NCBI GenBank assembly: GCA_963675745.2
Contig: CAXXWX010000026.1
Location: forward strand, 704,001-768,000
Direction: 5' to 3'
From: Phycisphaerae bacterium
Lineage (GTDB): Bacteria; Planctomycetota; Phycisphaerae; UBA1845; Fen-1342
Length of the DNA stretch: 64,000 bases
Shown one piece after another: positions 60,344 through 64,000 of this stretch (position 1 is its first letter; the number at the start of each line of letters is the position of its first letter). Position numbers and translations under genes: made by a program. The notes below the pieces were generated by a model. The model saw only the letters and a program-made list of their open reading frames with translations, was not told the DNA's origin and did not search any database.

Positions 60344-61345
60344 ATGGCAGGAAGTGTACCCAAGATTCGTGACGCCGACGCCGAAAGCGGCGTGCTTCAG
60401 GCGCATGGTGCGGTTTCCTCGCCGGGTATCAATCGGTTGATGACGGCGCGCCGTCTGCCCTGGCTGACCCGTGCCAAGTTTGCCGTGGTGCGCTGGGTTC
60501 TCGCGACTTACGCGCGTGTGGTGGGGCTCACCGGGCTGTATTGGACCGGCAGCCTGTTCGCCACGATTGAGTTCATGGTCAACCGCGGCCGGCGCCGGCG
60601 TTACCGGCGCGCGCTGGCGCGCGTGTTCCCCGAGGGTCTCAGCAAGACGCGTGAGTTGCGGATAATCCGGCGCTATTTCCGGCGCAGCCGGTGCGACAAG
60701 CTGTTCTACCTGATCTACGACAAACTCCCGCGGGCCAAGGTTTTCAGCCGGTTGCGCTTCCACGGGCGCGAGCACCTGGACGCCGCCCTGGCGCGCGGCG
60801 ACGGCGCATACCTGGCGATGAGCCACCACGGATCACACCACGTGCTGGGGATTCTGCTGAGCCTGCTGGGTTATCGCATCACGGGTATCCGTGATCGCAA
60901 CGAGGGAGCAATCCGCAGCTACATGCAGCAGACGGTCGGCCCGACGGTGCCGGAGTTCAGTCTGGTGCAGGTGCTGTACGCCGACGACTTTCCGCGCGAG
61001 ATATTCCGCCGTTTTCATGAAAACCGACTGATCGTCAGCGCGCTCGACGTGAATCGCGATCGCGGATTGAAGCTCAAGACGTGTCCGGTACGCATCTTCG
61101 GCGAGACGCGGGAGTTTCTGACCGGGACGATGCAGATCGCGCTGCGCTGCGGCGCCACGATCGTGCCCACATTCCTGGTTTCACGGCCGAACTTCTACTA
61201 CCGCGTGACCGTGCTTCCGCCGATCTACGCGCCGGCCGCCGCTGAATCCAACGGCGCGCCGAGCCTGGAATCGCTGATGCAAGAGTACGCCAACGCGATA
61301 GAAAACCACATCCGAAAGCGCCCCGACCACATGAGCCGCATCTGA
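60344..61345 (+). CDS. Lysophospholipid/lipid A acyltransferase family protein (LpxL/HtrB-like)
   Basis: GREHLDAALARGDG, SHHGS, ALDV, VRIFG, IALRCGATIVP, IENHIRKRPDH. Confidence 0.85.
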   Translation: MAGSVPKIRDADAESGVLQAHGAVSSPGINRLMTARRLPWLTRAKFAVVRWVLATYARVVGLTGLYWTGSLFATIEFMVNRGRRRRYRRALARVFPEGLSKTRELRIIRRYFRRSRCDKLFYLIYDKLPRAKVFSRLRFHGREHLDAALARGDGAYLAMSHHGSHHVLGILLSLLGYRITGIRDRNEGAIRSYMQQTVGPTVPEFSLVQVLYADDFPREIFRRFHENRLIVSALDVNRDRGLKLKTCPVRIFGETREFLTGTMQIALRCGATIVPTFLVSRPNFYYRVTVLPPIYAPAAAESNGAPSLESLMQEYANAIENHIRKRPDHMSRI

Positions 61346-61441
61346 GGAACGGCGGGGAACAGGGAACGGGGAACGGGGAACAGAAAAGAAACAGGGGCGA
61401 GCACGCCGCACACCGTTCCCTGTTCCCCGTTCCCCGTTCCC
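61346..61441. repeat. Inverted tandem heptamer arrays (GGGAAC[A/G] x4-5, spacer, reverse complement x4)
   Basis: Read directly downstream of the acyltransferase stop codon. Confidence 0.85.
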
Positions 61442-61594
61442 TTTCCTCCCCCCCTGGATTTGCGTCCTGTCTGCCGCTAGAATCCCGGCAAACTGGGCTG
61501 GGTTGGCCGTCGCACGGCGGATGTGCGACGGGCGAAGGGTGTGTATACTCGCCGCTCAGCATTGGATTCGACTGCGGTCTTGCGAGGCCAGCGC

Positions 61595-62095
61595 GTGAAG
61601 TTTGTCCTGATCGACCGGATCGACGAATTTGAGCCCGGCCAGCGGATTGTCGCACACAAGGCGCTTTCGCTGGCCGAAGAGTATCTGGCGGACCATTTCC
61701 CCGCGTTCCCGGTGCTGCCGGGCGTGCTGATGCTCGAGGCGCTGGTGCAGGCGTCGGCCTGGATAGTCCGAGAGCACCTGAACTTCGCGGTGGGGCCCGT
61801 GTTGCTCAAAGAGGCCCGCAACGTTACATATAAGAGCTTCATCGCACCCGGAGATGTGTTGACCGTTGAATCGCTGTGCAAGGAGCTTACGCCCGAGCAG
61901 AGCGTGTTTTCGGCTTCAGGAACCGCCGGCGGGAGGCCGATTGTCAAGGCCCGCCTGACGCTCCGTCATCTCAGGATGTCTGATTTGGGAACTGGGTTAG
62001 AGGAAACCGACAAGCAACTGCAAGCGCACTTCCGCGCGATGTTCGCCCGGCTGTGGAAAGCCGAGCGGGCGACGCAGGCGGCAGGAGTCAGCTAG
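61595..62095 (+). CDS. FabZ/FabA-like 3-hydroxyacyl-ACP dehydratase
   Basis: F.LIDRI, DHFPAFPVLPGVLMLEALVQ, FIAPGD. Confidence 0.9.
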   Translation: MKFVLIDRIDEFEPGQRIVAHKALSLAEEYLADHFPAFPVLPGVLMLEALVQASAWIVREHLNFAVGPVLLKEARNVTYKSFIAPGDVLTVESLCKELTPEQSVFSASGTAGGRPIVKARLTLRHLRMSDLGTGLEETDKQLQAHFRAMFARLWKAERATQAAGVS

Positions 62096-62122
62096 GACGT
62101 TGGCGCGGTCGAGTGGAGGTAG

Positions 62123-62527
62123 ATGTCGATGTCGACGGTAACTCGAGATGAGATTATGGAGAAGGTGACCGAGACTCTCGTTGACGCGTTGAGCGTCGAG
62201 GAGGACGAGGTTACCGAGCAAGCTCGATTGACCGAGGATCTCGGGGCCGAGTCCATCGACTTCCTCGATATCGTCTTTCGGCTTGAAAAGTCCTTCAACA
62301 TCAAGATCCCGCAGGATGAGCTGATCCCACGCGACATCCTCAGCAATCCCGACTACGTCGACGATCGCAAACTCAATGCGGCGGGACTCGCGGCGCTCAA
62401 ACAGGGTATGCCCCACGCCGACCTCGGCGAGTTTGAGAAAGACCCCGACATTGACAAGATCTCCGACGTCTTCACGGTCGGCACGATCGTGCGCTTTGTG
62501 GAAGCGAAGCTGGCCGCGGGAAACTGA
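62123..62527 (+). CDS. Acyl carrier protein, extended (134 aa)
   Basis: DLGAESIDFLDIVFRLE..F.IKIP, about 45-aa insertion, FTVGTIVRFV. Confidence 0.92.
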   Translation: MSMSTVTRDEIMEKVTETLVDALSVEEDEVTEQARLTEDLGAESIDFLDIVFRLEKSFNIKIPQDELIPRDILSNPDYVDDRKLNAAGLAALKQGMPHADLGEFEKDPDIDKISDVFTVGTIVRFVEAKLAAGN

Positions 62528-62535
62528 GGTAGACG

Positions 62536-63024
62536 GTGCGCTGGATCTGGATTGATCGATTCGAGACCTTCGAATCAGGACATCGGGCCGTGGCGGTGAA
62601 GAACGTCACGATGGCCGAGGACCATCTGCACGACCACTTCCCGGGCATGCCCATCATGCCGGCCAGCCTGATGATCGAGGGCATGGCCCAGACCGCCGGG
62701 ATTCTCGTCGGTGAGGCCAAGAACTTCACCGAGAAAGTGATCCTGGCCAAGGTGAAGCACGCGCGCTTCGACTCGATTGTGCGGCCCGGCGATCAGATCC
62801 GCTATGACGCCACCGTCGAGCAGCTTACCGACTCGGCCGCCGTCACCAGCGGACGCATCACCGTCGGCGACGAGCTTGTCGGCGAGGTCGAGATCGTGTT
62901 CTCGCACATCGATCAAAACATCAGCGGGTTGGCATTCCCCGAAGAGAATTTCGTCTTCACACCTGAGTTCATGTCACTGCTGAACACCTACCGGCGCAGC
63001 GGGGAGGCAAGGGTGGCCCTATGA
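62536..63024 (+). CDS. Second FabZ-like dehydratase
   Basis: W.WIDR, KNVT..E, DHFPGMPIMPASLMIEGMAQ, VRPGD. Confidence 0.9.
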   Translation: MRWIWIDRFETFESGHRAVAVKNVTMAEDHLHDHFPGMPIMPASLMIEGMAQTAGILVGEAKNFTEKVILAKVKHARFDSIVRPGDQIRYDATVEQLTDSAAVTSGRITVGDELVGEVEIVFSHIDQNISGLAFPEENFVFTPEFMSLLNTYRRSGEARVAL

Positions 63025-64000
63025 GTAGGCGCCGCGTCGTCGTTACCGGGCTGGGCCCCGTGACGTCCATCGGGATCGGAGTGAGCGACTTCTGGGGGGC
63101 CCTGGTCGAGGGACGCTCGGGGATTCGACGGCTGGAGTCCTTTGACCCGGCGCGCTTCGACTCGCAGATCGGGGGCGAGATCGACGAAGTCAAGTTCGCG
63201 AACTACGTCCCCAAGAGCTATCGCAAGGGTGCGAAGATCGTATCACGCGATATCGTCCTGGCCGTCGCGGCCGCCTACGAAGCCGTCAAAGACGCCGGCC
63301 TGACCACCAAGTGTCTGGTTGAGCGTGGTGAGGGAGCGGACGAGCCCAACGTGGATTCGCCCAGGTTCGGCGCCAATATCGGCGCGGGTCTGATCTGTGC
63401 CGATCTTCCGGAGTTGGCCGCGGCGCTCGCCATTGCCAAGGCGCCTGACGGCACATTCGATATGCACAAGTGGGGCACCGACGGCATGAACGACCTCACG
63501 CCGCTCTGGCTGCTCAAGTTTCTGCCGAACATGCTGGCCTGCCACGTCACGATCGTGCACCAGGCGCGCGGCCCCAGCAACACGATCACCTGCGGCGAAG
63601 CCAGCAGCCATCTCGCGATCGGAGAGGCATACCGCACTATCGAGGGCGGTACGGCGGAGGTGTGCATCTGCGGCGGCGCCGAGAGCAAAACCAACCCGAT
63701 GGCGCTTATCCGACAATCGCTCGGCAAGCGTCTGAGTCGGCGGAACGACACGCCGGAAAGCGCCTGTCGCCCGTTTGCCGCCGACCGCGATGGAACCGCC
63801 ATCTCCGAAGGCGGTGGGCTGGTTATCATCGAAGAGCTCGAACACGCACAAGCGCGTGGCGCCCGGATTTACGCCGAGTTGGTGGGTTTTGGCGCGAGTA
63901 ATGACGCATATCACCCCAGTCAGCCCAGCAAACCGCATCCAGAGGGTCGCGGTGTGGCACTGGCCATCAGGAAGGCGCTCAAGGACGCAGCCCTCGCCCC
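63021..64000 (+). CDS. FabF-like ketosynthase-fold protein (KS-beta/CLF-like), truncated by window end
   Basis: Manual translation: RRVVVTGLG, LPNM, GPSNTITCGEASS, CRPFAADRDG, EG.GLVIIEELEHA..RGA.IYAE. Confidence 0.92.
   Translation, partial: MSRRRVVVTGLGPVTSIGIGVSDFWGALVEGRSGIRRLESFDPARFDSQIGGEIDEVKFANYVPKSYRKGAKIVSRDIVLAVAAAYEAVKDAGLTTKCLVERGEGADEPNVDSPRFGANIGAGLICADLPELAAALAIAKAPDGTFDMHKWGTDGMNDLTPLWLLKFLPNMLACHVTIVHQARGPSNTITCGEASSHLAIGEAYRTIEGGTAEVCICGGAESKTNPMALIRQSLGKRLSRRNDTPESACRPFAADRDGTAISEGGGLVIIEELEHAQARGARIYAELVGFGASNDAYHPSQPSKPHPEGRGVALAIRKALKDAALA

Noticed and set aside
1..64000. tRNA, rRNA, prophage, integrase or transposase genes
   Set aside because: None recognised by eye; tRNAscan-SE and Infernal would be needed to exclude small RNAs.

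Overview
GC-rich bacterial chromosomal window, most likely from a planctomycete of class Phycisphaerae. This is inferred from two prepilin-leader DUF1559-like genes, a 'GDMNCDG..DI..FV' dockerin-like tail, TTQP linkers, a eukaryote-type UDP-GlcNAc pyrophosphorylase and a dcw cluster without ftsQAZ. About 47 CDS are supported. They include ald, uvrA, a glycogen debranching enzyme, sppA, trpG, bcp, pyrF, cydAB, a GT2/methyltransferase/GT-C cassette, mraZ-rsmH-LysM-ftsL-ftsI-murE-murF-mraY-ftsW, PIN/TRAM, alkA, an S1 protein, mgtE and a lipid cluster (acyltransferase-FabZ-ACP-FabZ-KS) that runs off the right edge. I saw no rRNA, tRNA, CRISPR array or transposase, but the intergenic DNA holds several families of small palindromic elements. 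The best leads are: (1) a histone-H1-like Lys/Ala domain fused in frame to a BCP peroxiredoxin; (2) a type II FAS/PKS-like cluster whose ketosynthase has Glu at the catalytic-Cys position; (3) a 148-bp TIR-bounded element carrying a REP doublet that supplies stop codons; (4) a GAF/pseudo-HisKA/receiver protein; (5) dcw oddities (LysM insertion, FtsI KTG->KTA, structured mraZ-rsmH spacer). Eight apparent frameshifts, seven of them in 21.3-26.4 kb, are probably sequencing errors. All calls come from motif recognition by eye; no database searches were run.
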